Virus record (IMG/VR): IMGVR_UViG_3300030419_006697
Location: 1-63,851 of that record
Length of the DNA stretch: 63,851 nucleotides
Source: a virus
Taxonomy: Duplodnaviria; Caudoviricetes
Direction: 5' to 3' (one strand)
The notes under the pieces were generated by a model, which saw only the letters and a program-made list of their open reading frames with translations, searched no databases and was not told the origin of the DNA. The position numbers and the translations under genes were made by a program. The first letter of the stretch is position 1; every line of letters starts with the position of its first letter. Shown here piece after piece: positions 21,827 to 32,661 of the stretch.

Positions 21827-24800
21827 TGATATCAAAACAAAGTTTAACTGAAAATATCATACCAAACATTTATTTAAAAAAAATAATTTTAAATAGCGAT
21901 TATAAAGATGCAAAAAACAAGAAGACCAGAGAGTATACTGTTTTTGGATCGACCATATCTACGATAAAGCCAACACAGACGCTTTCTGACATTGGAATAT
22001 CCAATATGCTAATATCGATGAAATTTGTCAAAACGCAAAGCATCGAATCAGAAATGTTACAGCTTTTAAATACGGAATTAAAAGAATATATCAATGTATA
22101 CATTCATCAAATAACAGATAAAGACGTATATGAAGCATATGCAACTGATTCCAGTCTGGCTGCAACTGAACAATCTCCGTTTGACTCTGAACTAATAAGT
22201 ACTAAAAAAATTAATTTGACTGAATTAATGGATTTCGGCGCCGACATTCCAATTGGGTCAAAAAGCTTGTTGTTTAAAAACGAGCAAACGTTATCAGACG
22301 GTACGCAAATATTGGAATTGGTTCAGAGTTTAAGCTTTAATTTTGATAAAGATGTAGATTTTCTTGGATATGTGATGCTTGTTGTTCTAGAACCTCTTGG
22401 TGCCGAAGGAATTGCTGAAAATTTTACTAGCAAAATAACTTCTGATATTATTATTTTAGACGGTCAATTCCAAAATGAAGGACTTATTTTTACAATTGCG
22501 CCATACGATCCAAGCGACAAAGAGTTGGCCAAATTTGGCAAACCTGGAGATATTTGGTCTGGCGGTGTTCATTTGTTTGAAGGTCAGTTTATGGCTGGAG
22601 ATGTGCATAGTGATAAGCCACATCCATTTTTAAATTATGATGTTGTTCCGGTAACAAAATTTGTCGATAATCGAGTAAAAGCAAAAATAGAAAAGAAGAT
22701 AATAAATTTAACAAAATCTTATGAAAAGGTTTCATCACTAGGGACAGCATACAACAATACTTTTTTGAATTTATTGGATTTTGAGGAATATAAAAATGTT
22801 AGCTACATCAGTGATTTATATCTAGCACAAGATTCTAAAGCTAATGTTAACGGACTAGTCTCTGTTGATAAGCATATGCTGTTAAAAAACAAAGGTGCAA
22901 TGTCTTTCATTTTTGATAATATTCAAAAAGCATTCAAAGACGATCCAGAAAAAAGAGAACAATTGCTCAACATAGTATATGACAGTGCGCGTCTAGAAAG
23001 GTTGAATATATACGAAAACAATCTTTTAATGGGCACCATTACTTACAATACGCCAACAGATATTACTGTCTTCAACAACTCGATGACTGAATTTAACAGT
23101 ACAAAAGATGCTGAATTTGCAAATTTTTCCATTACGATGGAAAATGACATAAAATTAAATGATAATTCTGGCTTACAACATTTCTCTTTTAAAAAAATAA
23201 ACAAAGGGAAGAGTTCCGTTTCAGGCAAGTTTCATTATAGACTGGAAGTGGAATATCGTGATCCAACAGTTGAATTTGTAAAAAGCGTACTTCCGTCTAT
23301 TGCAAGCGCCTTGGAGGATATTGAAAAACTTTTAGCAATTGCCAACAAGAAAGAAATAACTAGCACTGGTTTAAAATCTGGATTTAATCCGTATACACAA
23401 ACTTTAAATGAAAATACGATTAATAAAATCATCAACAAGGCTAGTGGCGATATTAAAATAACATCCGATAACGTATTGAGCAATGTAGCAAAATTAGTAG
23501 AAAATGATAGGTTTGTTTCTTACGTTTACAATGAAGACTTGAATTATAAACAAATTGTAAGTGAAATTAAAAAAATGGCTCGGATTACAGTTGCTAGTTT
23601 AGAGGAATTTCTACTTTTACAAGATTTGTTAAATAATATAAAATCACAAATTGAAGCCCATTTGGCCTCTTTTGGCTCCAAGCCAACAAAAGATCTTGGC
23701 GGAACTGCTGATCAAAATTCATACGCCACAGCTAAAGGTGTGACACCAGGCGAGCATTTTTTCTCTTCTAGGGTACTTACGGAAGAGGCAGAAGCTCATA
23801 TTATTATAAACAGCTACGGTTATGATTTTTTAGGGTATATGCCAATAATATCTAATGACGATTCTGTTACGGCAATACTAAATAATGATTATAAAAATAC
23901 TGTTTTGAGTATGTTAAAACAAATAACTACGTCAGATCAACTTTCAGAGGTTGAACTAAATTCAGATTTCCAAGCAAAAGGATTTATTACATCAGAGAAT
24001 TTAACTAAAGATGGATTTTCTTTTTTAAACATACCAATTGAAATACCGAACAATAATTCTTTAAAAAAATCAATTGTATTGCCTGCGTCAGCTATAGACA
24101 TTAATGATGATAAAGTTCAAGAAGATGATATCTTCAACGCTATAATCAAATTTAAAACTATGCTTTCTGGAGATGATTCGGATCATAAAAGCTTTGATAA
24201 GCATAAAACTAGAATTGATAAACAATTAAGTGAAATATTAGCCTTTAATCATAACGCATCTATTGGCCCAGTTTTTCGAGCCTCCTCTGAAACAACAAAA
24301 AAGAATCAAGAATTTGATCTTTTTGGCGATTCTTCTAAAAGAGGCTTTAAAAGCCCTTCGAAAAATCGAGGCACTGTTGAAAAAGCACCTCCAAATAACT
24401 TTAATTATAATTTTTTAAAAACAGCGTTATTAAGCAAAGGGCTGATGTCGAATATGGAAGGGTTTATCCCAAATATGAGCAAGCCAACTTTTAAACCATT
24501 TGGCGATCTAGGGTTGTTTGCCCTCGCGAAATCCCTTCCAGTTCAGGTGAAATGTTTATCTATTAAAAATAACAATCTTGGCCCATTTAAGGATTTCTTA
24601 AAAACAGATCAATTTTACATCAACACTGGTATTATAAATCCTTTATATTTGTGTTATTTTTGGTTTATACATCAAAATATTGTCGGAGTGGAATATTTAG
24701 ACAATTATGAAGTAATTAATGATAATGTTGTATTAAAGAACGTTGATAATCCATATGAAAAAGGTATGATTATTAACACTAAAACAAGAAATATTAAGCG

Positions 24801-25041
24801 ACCAGTTTGGAAAAAGGTTGATTTGAAAGTTTTAGACTCATTAGCCGGTAATGAAAGATTGATATGCAGACTAGTTAGATTTGAAGATAAAAATTATATT
24901 AATACTGACTTACTTAAGAGCCTAGAAATGCCTTTAATTAATAATTTTTTCGTCCTAGAAGGACAGGGCATTCAGACTGGACCAGGCGTGACTTTTGAGG
25001 GCATTGGCGCCCTTGAAACCGGCCCCGCTTTCGAAATATAG
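21826..25041 (+). CDS. Hypothetical 1071-aa protein, probably virion-associated
   Basis: Long ORF, TAATG-coupled, inside the baseplate cluster; no motif recognised. Confidence 0.6.
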   Translation: MISKQSLTENIIPNIYLKKIILNSDYKDAKNKKTREYTVFGSTISTIKPTQTLSDIGISNMLISMKFVKTQSIESEMLQLLNTELKEYINVYIHQITDKDVYEAYATDSSLAATEQSPFDSELISTKKINLTELMDFGADIPIGSKSLLFKNEQTLSDGTQILELVQSLSFNFDKDVDFLGYVMLVVLEPLGAEGIAENFTSKITSDIIILDGQFQNEGLIFTIAPYDPSDKELAKFGKPGDIWSGGVHLFEGQFMAGDVHSDKPHPFLNYDVVPVTKFVDNRVKAKIEKKIINLTKSYEKVSSLGTAYNNTFLNLLDFEEYKNVSYISDLYLAQDSKANVNGLVSVDKHMLLKNKGAMSFIFDNIQKAFKDDPEKREQLLNIVYDSARLERLNIYENNLLMGTITYNTPTDITVFNNSMTEFNSTKDAEFANFSITMENDIKLNDNSGLQHFSFKKINKGKSSVSGKFHYRLEVEYRDPTVEFVKSVLPSIASALEDIEKLLAIANKKEITSTGLKSGFNPYTQTLNENTINKIINKASGDIKITSDNVLSNVAKLVENDRFVSYVYNEDLNYKQIVSEIKKMARITVASLEEFLLLQDLLNNIKSQIEAHLASFGSKPTKDLGGTADQNSYATAKGVTPGEHFFSSRVLTEEAEAHIIINSYGYDFLGYMPIISNDDSVTAILNNDYKNTVLSMLKQITTSDQLSEVELNSDFQAKGFITSENLTKDGFSFLNIPIEIPNNNSLKKSIVLPASAIDINDDKVQEDDIFNAIIKFKTMLSGDDSDHKSFDKHKTRIDKQLSEILAFNHNASIGPVFRASSETTKKNQEFDLFGDSSKRGFKSPSKNRGTVEKAPPNNFNYNFLKTALLSKGLMSNMEGFIPNMSKPTFKPFGDLGLFALAKSLPVQVKCLSIKNNNLGPFKDFLKTDQFYINTGIINPLYLCYFWFIHQNIVGVEYLDNYEVINDNVVLKNVDNPYEKGMIINTKTRNIKRPVWKKVDLKVLDSLAGNERLICRLVRFEDKNYINTDLLKSLEMPLINNFFVLEGQGIQTGPGVTFEGIGALETGPAFEI

Positions 25042-25049
25042 GGTTTTAA

Positions 25050-25214
25050 ATGGAATTAATAGACGACTATATAACAACCAAATACAACGTCTTGCTGGCA
25101 GAATTGAAGCAGAAAAATGACAGTATTAGCGTTTTGGGTTCCGATGTGCTACAAGAAAATGTTGAGAATATAAATAAATCTAACAAAACAGAAGATAATA
25201 AAGATAAAAAATAA
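25050..25214 (+). CDS. Small hypothetical protein (54 aa, MELIDDYITTKYNVLLAELKQKND...), not in ORF track
   Basis: ATG at 25050, TAA at 25212-25214; fills the gap between two large genes. Confidence 0.5.
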   Translation: MELIDDYITTKYNVLLAELKQKNDSISVLGSDVLQENVENINKSNKTEDNKDKK

Positions 25215-25236
25215 ATTTTATAGTTGGGTGTAAAAA

Positions 25237-28200
25237 GTGATTATTATTGATAAACAAGAAGAAGTGGTAATACAAAATGTAATTTCAGCCAAGGCACAGC
25301 CTGGCGCCAATAATTTTTTAAATTACATTTATCTGTTCAACAATAATTCGGACATAAGGATTAAGTCAGTTTCTAGTGTTCTTGATGATTTCTCTTCAGA
25401 TATAAATAAATTTTATGATAAAAATGTTAGTATCATTCTTTCACAAAAAGTACTGCAAGAGTTGTCGCCTCACCCAGTGCCAGACGATGGCGAGATTTAT
25501 TCCGATGCTACTGAAATTCCAAGACAAAACTATATCGGCCAAGCTAACGGTTCTTTATTCGACAAATTTAAGCAATACAATGTCGATCTTGATTCTTCAA
25601 TTAATTTAAAACCAACTAACGATCCAGGCCAAAGCCCTTATTCGATTCATTTTTTAGATATGTTAGGTGCAAATAGTGCTTATAATTTTATTATAGACAA
25701 AAAAGGTTCATATCTTTTCAATTTTCAAACAATTAAGCTAGATTTGAGACAAATTGAACTAGAGCCAATAGCATTTCCCATTGCAAATGCTTATTATACT
25801 AATTTATCACAATTAGAAGATCAGAACTACATTTATCAGCAAGAGATGCCTTTTAAGGTTCACTTCGTAGATTCTGCAAACGGATCAAGTTCAGACAACG
25901 AAGATAAAATTGAAGAATATATTCAGTCGTTTTTCAATGAATATGGACTTTACAATCCTGTATCTGAATATTCGGCAATAAGAGTTGGTGTTCCATTAAA
26001 TTTTGAAAACTATAGTTATGGAATCAGTAAAAGCCAAGAGCTGGGAATAAATTTGAAACAGCCAGAGTATAAAAAAATATATAATTATTATGACGAGGAA
26101 TATGAGACAACAATCACGGAATTAGTTAAGAACCTAAACTTTGCGGACGAAAGAATTTTACCTAGTGTATATGATTTTCTATATGCTGAATCGCAAAAAG
26201 ATTTAAATCTGTTTTTAAATATTCCAAATTATTCTCAAGAAAATATAAACTTTTCATCGATAGATAATTACCTAAATGCATATGCACAATTTTACTCAAA
26301 AGAAGTTCTAGCCAAGCAAGACGTTTTTAATCTCGAAACAGTTGATTTAGAGGCACTTAAATCACTTCTTGCCAATATGATTAATCATGCCGATAAACGT
26401 GATAAAGCAGCTCTAGAGAATATTATTAAGGATGTAATTAAAATCACTCCATTATCGAAAGTACTTCCTGTAGATTTAATATCTCCTGAAAATAAAAATA
26501 AAATACACTTCTATTTTTCCAAATTAAGCAATAAGATTATTACTATACTAAAAGAACAAGGCTATTGGCATCTTTTTGACTCGATTAAGAGTGCAATATA
26601 TTTTTCTGAAAAGTCAATGCACATTTTTGATCAAACTCTTGGCAGAGAATCTACTTTTCCGTTTTTGGTGAAGCTTAACATTCCATCTGAAACAATGGGG
26701 CCGTTAGCTAAATTATTTAGTAAAAACAACTTTTTAGACGAAATAAATGCCTATACTGCTACAAATTCAACTTATCCAAAAGAAAATAAGGCAACAATTC
26801 AAAATTATTGGGGTGCTGGAGTCCTCAATCCAGCACCAGGTAAAGATAGAAAAATAAATCTTTTAAACGATTATGAGTTGTTTAGCTATAAAATCTTTTT
26901 AACCCCTAAAGAAAAATCAATTGCTGAACCTGACGTTCCAGAACTACCTACTGCATTAGGCGCTACAGCTGCTGATCCAGAACAACTTATAAGTGAATTT
27001 GAGTTAAAAGATTATGATGTTGACGTTCATATGGACAATTTTGATAAAGATTTCAACAACCATACTCTAATATATGGAGAGAATGACGAGAATGAATCTG
27101 GAACTAAAAGCCCAATACAGCAGTTGATTAACAAGCTTAAGTCCTCACAAGCTCTAGAAGAATTAAAGAGTTTAGTATTTGCAAAAACTCTTGGCCCCGG
27201 TGAAATTAATGATGGACAATTTTGTTATCAAGAAACATTAATGTATGAAATAGCAAAATACAAAGTGTCTGCCAATGGCAGTTTAGATCTTGTTCAAAAC
27301 ATATTTCTGCCAATTAGCGAAACAGAGCCTGGCATTGCTAGAGACTTGTCTTATTTTGATACACAGATTGTTCCATTTCAAAAATATGTTTACAAGATTT
27401 TTGTGCATAAAGCGGTAATAGGAAGTAGATATAAGATTTCAAATGTAAAAAAATACGTTTTTGATCAGAATATTAGACTAGAGTACGAAATTGAGCCTTT
27501 TATTCAAATGGTGCGAGTGCCATATTATAATGTGGCCCCCCTTAGCTTCGATTATATAGACTATTGGAATTTGAAGTCAAATTTTACTGAAGTAGTAGAT
27601 GCTCCTCCACTTCCGCCGGATATTAATTTTGTTCCATTTCGCAATGTAAAAGATAGAATATTAATTCTGCTTAATAATACGATTGGGGAGCAAGTAACGC
27701 ATTTTATACCAATTTTCCCAGAAGAAAAAGCAATGGGAGATGCAATTGCGCTATCTCAAGATGTAAAGCCTGGAAAAGAAATAACATTTAAATCAGACGA
27801 CTCGCAGGGTACTTTTCAAGTAATAAGATTGAACGAAGAACCATCTGATTATAAAGATTTTGCAGAAGCAAATTTCCAAGATATAATAGAAATATTTTCT
27901 AATAGTGAGCAGAAAAATGACTCATTAGTACAAGACATAATGCCCAATAAAGATTATTATTATATAGCTAGATTTATTGACATACACGGCAACATCTCCA
28001 ATCCTACTGATATTTTTAAAATTCGTATGCATTATGAAACAGGAATTCTCCCGTATTTAACGGTAAACTCTTTGGATATGAGAGAGTTGCAGAAAAAGGC
28101 TCATCAGGCCCATTTTCTGCCTTTTGCGAAAGCAAAAAAATATATATTAATAAAACCAAGCAACGAACAATCATTATTATTTGCTGGTAATCCTGATGTT

Positions 28201-28428
28201 GAGGCGGATAATCCTTTGGGCGGCGCAGGCGTCCCTCCTGAAAGTTTAGAACCAGAAATATTTGATAAATTTAACTATGCTACTTATGATGTCAAACTTG
28301 GCTCGAATAAGGTCAAAGATAGTGTTTTTGGGAAAAGATTTAAAATACGAGTTACGTCTAAACAGACAGGTAAAAAAATAGATATCAATATTGATGTTAA
28401 ACAACCTAATGTCATTATTAATGATTAA
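25237..28428 (+). CDS. Hypothetical 1063-aa protein, probably virion-associated (beta-sandwich-like C-terminal part)
   Basis: Long ORF; C-terminal YYYIARFIDIHGNISNP resembles the end of an Fn3-like strand. Confidence 0.55.
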   Translation: MIIIDKQEEVVIQNVISAKAQPGANNFLNYIYLFNNNSDIRIKSVSSVLDDFSSDINKFYDKNVSIILSQKVLQELSPHPVPDDGEIYSDATEIPRQNYIGQANGSLFDKFKQYNVDLDSSINLKPTNDPGQSPYSIHFLDMLGANSAYNFIIDKKGSYLFNFQTIKLDLRQIELEPIAFPIANAYYTNLSQLEDQNYIYQQEMPFKVHFVDSANGSSSDNEDKIEEYIQSFFNEYGLYNPVSEYSAIRVGVPLNFENYSYGISKSQELGINLKQPEYKKIYNYYDEEYETTITELVKNLNFADERILPSVYDFLYAESQKDLNLFLNIPNYSQENINFSSIDNYLNAYAQFYSKEVLAKQDVFNLETVDLEALKSLLANMINHADKRDKAALENIIKDVIKITPLSKVLPVDLISPENKNKIHFYFSKLSNKIITILKEQGYWHLFDSIKSAIYFSEKSMHIFDQTLGRESTFPFLVKLNIPSETMGPLAKLFSKNNFLDEINAYTATNSTYPKENKATIQNYWGAGVLNPAPGKDRKINLLNDYELFSYKIFLTPKEKSIAEPDVPELPTALGATAADPEQLISEFELKDYDVDVHMDNFDKDFNNHTLIYGENDENESGTKSPIQQLINKLKSSQALEELKSLVFAKTLGPGEINDGQFCYQETLMYEIAKYKVSANGSLDLVQNIFLPISETEPGIARDLSYFDTQIVPFQKYVYKIFVHKAVIGSRYKISNVKKYVFDQNIRLEYEIEPFIQMVRVPYYNVAPLSFDYIDYWNLKSNFTEVVDAPPLPPDINFVPFRNVKDRILILLNNTIGEQVTHFIPIFPEEKAMGDAIALSQDVKPGKEITFKSDDSQGTFQVIRLNEEPSDYKDFAEANFQDIIEIFSNSEQKNDSLVQDIMPNKDYYYIARFIDIHGNISNPTDIFKIRMHYETGILPYLTVNSLDMRELQKKAHQAHFLPFAKAKKYILIKPSNEQSLLFAGNPDVEADNPLGGAGVPPESLEPEIFDKFNYATYDVKLGSNKVKDSVFGKRFKIRVTSKQTGKKIDINIDVKQPNVIIND

Positions 28429-28459
28429 TGCTACTATTTATAGATAAAGGAGAATTGTA

Positions 28460-29398
28460 ATGGCTTTTTTGGATAATTCTGGTGACATTATTTTAGATGC
28501 TGTTTTAACTGATACTGGCCGCGCCAGACTTGCAAAGGGCGACGGTTCCTTTAAGATAGCTAAATTTGCTTTGGGAGATGATGAAATAGATTATACATCT
28601 TACAATCCGGATCATTCATCCGGTTCGGCATATTATGATTTGGAAATTCTACAAACTCCTATTTTTGAAGCATTCACAAATAATACTTCTAATATGAAAT
28701 CAAAATTATTGAGTTTAAGTAATAATAATCTTTTATATCTACCAGTAATTCAACTAAATGATGTTGGAGATCTATACAAGCAAACTGCTGCTGGTAACGA
28801 ATATGGATCAGGATCTCACGTAGTATTAGTAGACACTTCAACTGTGAATAACGTTACTGATGCGGTCGGGATTATTGACGGAGTGGCTGCTAACAGCGCC
28901 GCGCGGCATATCCGCGTAGATCAAGGCCTTAATACGACTGAAATTTCTCCAGATAATATATTAAATCCAGAGCTTAAAGAGACCCAATATATTGTAGAGA
29001 TTGACTCTAGGTTCGGCAAGCTTTATGATGTAGTTGGAGGAGGCGATCAACCGGCTGCCCCATCTTTTATAGATGATGATTTAATCGCTTCTTATTATTT
29101 TACACAAAATGTTGGCAGCTATGTTGCTGATTCTGAAGCGGGAAATTCAGCTCTGGAATCCGGTGCCAAGGCAAAGGCAAATTTTGAATCAATTGATGGG
29201 CCACGGGGCACCAACTTAAGATTTGGTATTTTAGCTTCAGTGGACTTGGTTACTAGTGATTATTTATTTACAACTATTGGAAATACTTTAACTGCAACAG
29301 GCGGTCCATACCGCTTCATTGATTCTACAGTCAAAGTAACAGGCGTGACAACTGGCTATAGAGTTGACATACCAATAAGATTTTTAAAGAAACAATAA
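28460..29398 (+). CDS. Virion structural protein with tail-collar/fibre-attachment-like N-terminus
   Basis: VLTDTGRARLA...IAKFALGDD resembles the N-terminal half of phage tail-collar domains; AAGGAG RBS and ACTATTTA upstream. Confidence 0.6.
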   Translation: MAFLDNSGDIILDAVLTDTGRARLAKGDGSFKIAKFALGDDEIDYTSYNPDHSSGSAYYDLEILQTPIFEAFTNNTSNMKSKLLSLSNNNLLYLPVIQLNDVGDLYKQTAAGNEYGSGSHVVLVDTSTVNNVTDAVGIIDGVAANSAARHIRVDQGLNTTEISPDNILNPELKETQYIVEIDSRFGKLYDVVGGGDQPAAPSFIDDDLIASYYFTQNVGSYVADSEAGNSALESGAKAKANFESIDGPRGTNLRFGILASVDLVTSDYLFTTIGNTLTATGGPYRFIDSTVKVTGVTTGYRVDIPIRFLKKQ

Positions 29399-29408
29399 GG
29401 GATAAAAG

Positions 29409-30473
29409 ATGGCTAATACATTTAAGACTTTTATGAATAGCGATATCGCTAATACAAGAACTTTGCTTCACGAAGCAATTCCGGTTACAGGTACAATAGT
29501 TTCTGGAACTTATACTAGTGATGGAAATATTAAAACATTTGCGCACGGTATGTTTGAAGCTGTTTATGATTATCCTTACTTAAGTTCTTCTGCAAATCAC
29601 ATTTTTGATATCACCGCCGGCTATTCGGCAAACAGTAGCCTATCTGCTTCTGCAAACACTCAAAATGCCAAAAAGATTAATATATACAACCAGCACGCGC
29701 AAGTGTTATATGGTTATGATGTAACAGGTTCCATTCAGGAATTCGATTTGGATGGAGATATTGCGGGCGGCGGTACTAAAATGAGAGAGTGCTTCTTTTT
29801 AAATTTCTCTCGTTTGCTTACGAAAGATGAAATCAAAAAAGACAGTTTTAGACTAGAAATGTATTCTACAGCTAGTAATGTGTTTGGAGAAAACAATAGA
29901 GGTGGCCGAAAAGTTATCGGTGATTACGGCGCCGCCACGAGCTACAAAGTTAATTCTCCAGCTGGAGAATATGGCTTGCTATATACAGCTTCCGCAGCAC
30001 CTTTGGGCGATATTGTAGGACACGTATATTATCAAGCAGGTATTGCTGTAATTACCGCATCATTCTTTAGCGGTGCTTTTGGAGATCCTGCTAATGTACC
30101 AACTGGCGCTCTCAAGAAGACCAAAACAGCTGTAAATTATGCCTTAACTTCATCAACAATCACTGAAATTGCAAATGGGTTGAGATTTACTTGGGATAAT
30201 CTAGATTTTAACAACACAACGGAGTTAAATTCAACAATCTATTTTTGTCGTGCAAATACTCAAAACTTCAACTATAGTGCGAATCCCACTTATCTTACTG
30301 CTAGTAAGATTAGAGTTAAGAATGAAAATCCAAAAGCTGAACCAGTTTCTTATGTTACTACGGTTGGTCTTTATTCTGCAGATAATGAATTACTAGCAGT
30401 AGCTAAATTATCAGAACCTCTTAAGAAGTCACCTTCAAACGAGCTTACTTTGAGGGTCAGACTAGACTACTAA
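29409..30473 (+). CDS. Virion structural protein with tail-collar-like C-terminus
   Basis: C-terminal YVTTVGLYSADNELLAVAKLSEPLKK...LRVRLDY. Confidence 0.6.
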   Translation: MANTFKTFMNSDIANTRTLLHEAIPVTGTIVSGTYTSDGNIKTFAHGMFEAVYDYPYLSSSANHIFDITAGYSANSSLSASANTQNAKKINIYNQHAQVLYGYDVTGSIQEFDLDGDIAGGGTKMRECFFLNFSRLLTKDEIKKDSFRLEMYSTASNVFGENNRGGRKVIGDYGAATSYKVNSPAGEYGLLYTASAAPLGDIVGHVYYQAGIAVITASFFSGAFGDPANVPTGALKKTKTAVNYALTSSTITEIANGLRFTWDNLDFNNTTELNSTIYFCRANTQNFNYSANPTYLTASKIRVKNENPKAEPVSYVTTVGLYSADNELLAVAKLSEPLKKSPSNELTLRVRLDY

Positions 30474-30474
30474 A

Positions 30475-31677
30475 ATGGCTTTCTTTAAATTTGGCCCAAA
30501 AGACATATTAAGGAATAGGATTAAAACTCATCCGAAGAGTGCTTTTTTTGTCAATGATGGGAAAATCTATTACAACAATCGAAATGATATTTCCGGCGCT
30601 TATGTTGAAAATGCTGGACACATTCCATCAGGCTTTATAAGTCTTTATGAAATGAATATTGATAGAGACTTTTCTAAACATACATATGATCCTGATACTG
30701 ACACCGGTGTAAAAGCAAAGATATTTCCGTTCATCACCAAAGACTCTTCTTTAAATTCTTTTGGAACTGTTTCGACCAACGATTTTAATCAATTTCAATA
30801 CGGGGATATTATTACCGGCAGCTATCCTTTGTCTTCTTCGATAATTCGTTCTGCTTCTGCAGAAAATGAGCCTCGACCGGAGATTAATGCTCTTCAAAAT
30901 ACTTTAAATTTCTATACACCATTGAGCCCTAATTATGCCTATTCTTCTTCTTTGGTGGGAGATAAATCAACGCAGGCACTTACTCTAATAAGCATACCAA
31001 GTATTTTTTATGATTCATCGATAAAAAAGAATTCAATAAAATTAAATTTCTATATATCTGGGACTTTAGTTGCTGCTTGCGAAGATATATATAGAAACGG
31101 AGAATTAATACAAACTAGTGGAACCGCCTTTGCACAAGCAAACGGAACTGGTTCAATCGCCGGCCTGGCATTGTATAATGAGGGTTTTATAATTCTTACT
31201 GGTAGTTGGGATTTAACAGAAGATTCGTATCAATTTGGAAGTGCCGGCGCAACTCAAGGCACGTGGCTTGATTTTGCGGTTGGAGCTAATGATGGCGCCA
31301 CGCCGATAACCCCATCAGCCAGTTTTTCTTTAGAATTTGAGGGCACAAATTATATTAATGTTATCTCAATGCTGGCAGATGCGCCGCTCGGAGACCTTAA
31401 TTTTTCCCCTAATCCAACATTTGCAGAATATCAGGAAACCTCTTCAACGCCTTTTTCCTCTTCTTTTGGCTATTTTGAAAACAACAAGGTACAGTTGAAA
31501 AACTGTATAAGCTCCTCTTTTTATGATTATAATGCAAAATTTAAACGACAAACATTTATTAGCAAAATAGGAATATACGACGAGAATAAAAATCTTATTG
31601 CTGTTGCAAATCTTTCTAAACCAATTAAAAAATTAGAAGATATAGATTATACTTTCAAACTCAAGCTTGACATTTAA
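30475..31677 (+). CDS. Virion structural protein, paralogue of 29409..30473
   Basis: C-terminal FISKIGIYDENKNLIAVANLSKPIKK...FKLKLDI; shared G...Y..G....T internal motif. Confidence 0.6.
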   Translation: MAFFKFGPKDILRNRIKTHPKSAFFVNDGKIYYNNRNDISGAYVENAGHIPSGFISLYEMNIDRDFSKHTYDPDTDTGVKAKIFPFITKDSSLNSFGTVSTNDFNQFQYGDIITGSYPLSSSIIRSASAENEPRPEINALQNTLNFYTPLSPNYAYSSSLVGDKSTQALTLISIPSIFYDSSIKKNSIKLNFYISGTLVAACEDIYRNGELIQTSGTAFAQANGTGSIAGLALYNEGFIILTGSWDLTEDSYQFGSAGATQGTWLDFAVGANDGATPITPSASFSLEFEGTNYINVISMLADAPLGDLNFSPNPTFAEYQETSSTPFSSSFGYFENNKVQLKNCISSSFYDYNAKFKRQTFISKIGIYDENKNLIAVANLSKPIKKLEDIDYTFKLKLDI

Positions 31678-31695
31678 GGAAAATAAGAATATGAT
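31667..31695 (+). promoter_or_regulatory. Sigma70-like promoter TTGACA-N17-TATGAT
   Basis: TTGACA 31667-31672, TATGAT 31690-31695; overlaps the ruvC start codon. Confidence 0.4.
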
Positions 31696-32203
31696 ATTGG
31701 GACTCGACATAAGCACCAGTATGACTGGGTTTTGTATTTTAGATTCACAAACAGAAATAATTCGTTCTGACGTTTGGGATATGCGAAATAAAAAGTATTT
31801 TCCCGATATTTTCTGCAAAGCAGAAAAGATTAAAAATGACTTATTAAGCATAAAAGCACAGTATCCAATAGACAAAGTGTTTATTGAAAAGCCATTTATG
31901 TTTTTTGGATCTGGAGGTTCGACAGCCAAAACAATGGCAGCTCTTCAAAGATTTAATGGAATTATTTCTTGGATTTGTTACGATACATTTGGTCAACCAC
32001 CAATCTATTTCACGGCTCAACAAGCTAGAAAGCTTAATGAAATCAAGCTTGTAAAGGGTTCTAACACAAAGAAAGAAATTTTAAAATGGGTTCTTGACAA
32101 ATACCCTAGCTTTAGTATAGAATACACTAGTCACGGTAATCCAAAACCAAAATATTTTGATATTGCCGATGCCATTGTTATTGCTAATGCTGGGCTAAAA
32201 TGA
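31691..32203 (+). CDS. ruvC: RuvC-like Holliday junction resolvase
   Basis: ILGLDISTSMTG, VFIEKP, DIADAIVIA catalytic pattern. Start moved to ATG 31691 (AAGGA upstream). Confidence 0.85.
   Translation: MILGLDISTSMTGFCILDSQTEIIRSDVWDMRNKKYFPDIFCKAEKIKNDLLSIKAQYPIDKVFIEKPFMFFGSGGSTAKTMAALQRFNGIISWICYDTFGQPPIYFTAQQARKLNEIKLVKGSNTKKEILKWVLDKYPSFSIEYTSHGNPKPKYFDIADAIVIANAGLK
32094..32123 (+). promoter_or_regulatory. Sigma70-like promoter TTGACA-N18-TAGAAT inside ruvC
   Basis: TTGACA 32094-32099, TAGAAT 32118-32123, ~75 nt upstream of the YkuK-primase-SbcCD genes. Confidence 0.45.
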
Positions 32204-32661
32204 ACTGGATCACTGGATCAAACAAACAAATCACTTTTTACGAAATTCTTCAAAAAATAAAATCACATAATAAATTAAATGGCCATGTCTATGTGGGAAC
32301 TGATTCGCTCGTTCATAAAGACTGTTGTGTGTTTACTACGAGCATTGTACTATTAGGGGCAAAAAACCAACATGGCGGCCTTTATTTTTATACTAGAGAA
32401 AAGTATAATGAACCAACTCGACTTTATAATCGAATATTAAGAGAAGTAGAAAAGACAATTAATCTTGCAATACGCATCACTGAAGTTTGCCCAGATGTCA
32501 ATTTGGAGGTTCATTTGGATATATCTCCTGAAGAGAAAAATGAAAAAACTTCACAATTTGCTCGTTCATTAATGGGCTATGCTGCAGGTTCTGGCTTTAA
32601 ATGTAAAATGAAACCAGAAGCATTCGCGGCTTCGGTTGTGGCTGACAGGCATACTAAATGA
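32200..32661 (+). CDS. YkuK/DUF458-family RNase H-like protein
   Basis: YVGTDS, EVHLDI, KPEAFAASVVADRH motifs. Confidence 0.85.
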   Translation: MNWITGSNKQITFYEILQKIKSHNKLNGHVYVGTDSLVHKDCCVFTTSIVLLGAKNQHGGLYFYTREKYNEPTRLYNRILREVEKTINLAIRITEVCPDVNLEVHLDISPEEKNEKTSQFARSLMGYAAGSGFKCKMKPEAFAASVVADRHTK

